DNA of 64,000 nucleotides from Octopus vulgaris. Lineage: Eukaryota. The stretch's first letter is position 1, and the number at the start of each line of letters is the position of its first letter. Both the position numbers and the translations under genes were made by a program. The stretch lies in assembly GCA_951406725.2 (NCBI GenBank), contig OX597818.1, positions 5,704,001 through 5,768,000 of the forward strand, given 5' to 3'. Of this stretch, positions 62,585 through 64,000 are shown piece after piece. The notes beneath the pieces are model-generated. The model saw nothing but the letters and a program-made list of their open reading frames with translations. It did no database searches and was not told the origin of the DNA.

Positions 62585-63450
62585 AAACGTAGTTTCATTT
62601 TAAGAATTTTAACCAATGAAATCCCAACATCTTCGAATTTTAACCAATGAAATCCCAGCATTGCTGCGTTATCGATATTGATAAAGAAATATAGCAGACG
62701 CACGACACACACACACACACACACACTCTCTCTCTCTCTCTCTCAAACACATGCATATACATTTGCACAAGCACATAGTAATCAATATATAAGCGTACAC
62801 ACACATACAAACGACACACACACACAAACACTCTCTCTCTCTCAAACACATGCATATACATTTGCACAAGCACATAGTAATTAATATATAAGCGTACACA
62901 CACATACAAACGGACATATACATACACACACATACGCACACAAGCATACAGTACACGTTCGTGTTTTGCCACTTGCCGCAACAAATTTGCATAAAAGGTA
63001 AATAAACCAGAAGAGGGGGGCAATGTTTCATCGTTTCGGGGTCGATAGTTTAAGTACCAGTTACGCACTGGTGTCGAGGATTTTTTTCCCAATTTATATC
63101 ACAGCTTCCGACAAGCTGGGGGCATCCTTTTATGAAAAAATATTTCGCAAATTTTTACAATACTACTCACACACCACACGCAAACTCGAGACCGATTTAG
63201 GCATATTATTGTTTTGTTTTTGTTGTTTCTGGCCCTTCAAAACTATGGGAGAAGCCTTTTTGGTAAAAAAAAAGAAAAGAAAATATTCAAAAAATATCGT
63301 TAATATTTTTATTGGGCGACGAAATTAATCGATTTAAGAGATACAGCTGTTATTTCTAGCACATGTAGAAGACAGAAGAAGAGGTAAATAATTTGAGCTC
63401 GAATGCTGCGATTTCATTGGTTAAAATTCTTAAAATTAAACTACGTTTCA
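62585..63450. repeat. Short inverted repeat pair (62585-62670 / 63400-63450) enclosing a tandem ~110-bp duplication; possibly a non-autonomous DNA transposon
   Basis: AAACGTAGTTT..TTTTAAGAATTTTAACCAATGAAATC vs GATTTCATTGGTTAAAATTCTTAAAATTAAACTACGTTT. Confidence 0.45.
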
Positions 63451-63795
63451 AAATGAAAAGATCCCTTTCTTGTCTTGAGGCTCAAGCCAAACGGCTGGGT
63501 GGATTCGCGTGAAAAAGGGCACACATATGGAGACGGGTGCATCGATTATAATGCGGTTTGTATTTTTCCCTAGCCCCTATAGTTACCGAGAAAATCGATT
63601 GAAACCTTTTTCTAATGGAATTCCCCTCTTTGTTCCGCCATTAAAACAACCAGTTGCTCACACAGCCGGCATATACCATTTCGCTTTCAACAAGAGGAGT
63701 ACAGGATGACACTCAGCCCAAACCTTCGATATGCCGTCTCTATTCTTTTACCTCTTTGTGAGGTTAATAATCTTAATCTTTTTTCTCAACCTCTT

Positions 63796-63861
<66 letters not shown>

Positions 63862-64000
63862 CCATGTCATATATCTTCTTTCAATTTCTGCTCACTGCAA
63901 ATAAAATTTTTAAGGATACATCTACTTACAAAAATAGGGATTAATGTATAATTTCTTTCTATGTTCACAATTTAATCAATGTTTTAATGATTAGCCAGAG

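Overview
AT-rich, microsatellite-dense eukaryotic DNA. The SINE families and the (TA)n/(ATT)n/(CA)n load look like an Octopus (coleoid cephalopod) genome; this is an inference, not a database hit. I can identify no host protein-coding gene; one weak candidate exon lies near 31.2 kb. The window is a nested transposon field. Penelope-like elements (PLEs) dominate: a near-intact Neptune-type RT+GIY-YIG ORF at 48.8-51.0 kb, Hydra-like copies, and several inverted pseudo-LTR fold-backs, most carrying type I hammerhead ribozymes with varied cores. Also present are R4/Dong-type LINE remnants in (TAA)n tracts, a ~560-bp fixed-end non-coding element also targeted to (TAA)n, and a full-length but decayed APE-RT LINE whose ORF1 has Myb/SANT, polyQ and CCCH motifs. 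Three mariner fossils, two Gypsy remnants, an RTE remnant and several tRNA-derived SINE families complete the picture. Most ORF-track entries are microsatellite artefacts. The most interesting signals are the ribozyme-bearing palindromes inserted in (TA)n, the recurring non-canonical hammerhead cores, and the unexplained (TAA)n-targeting non-autonomous element.
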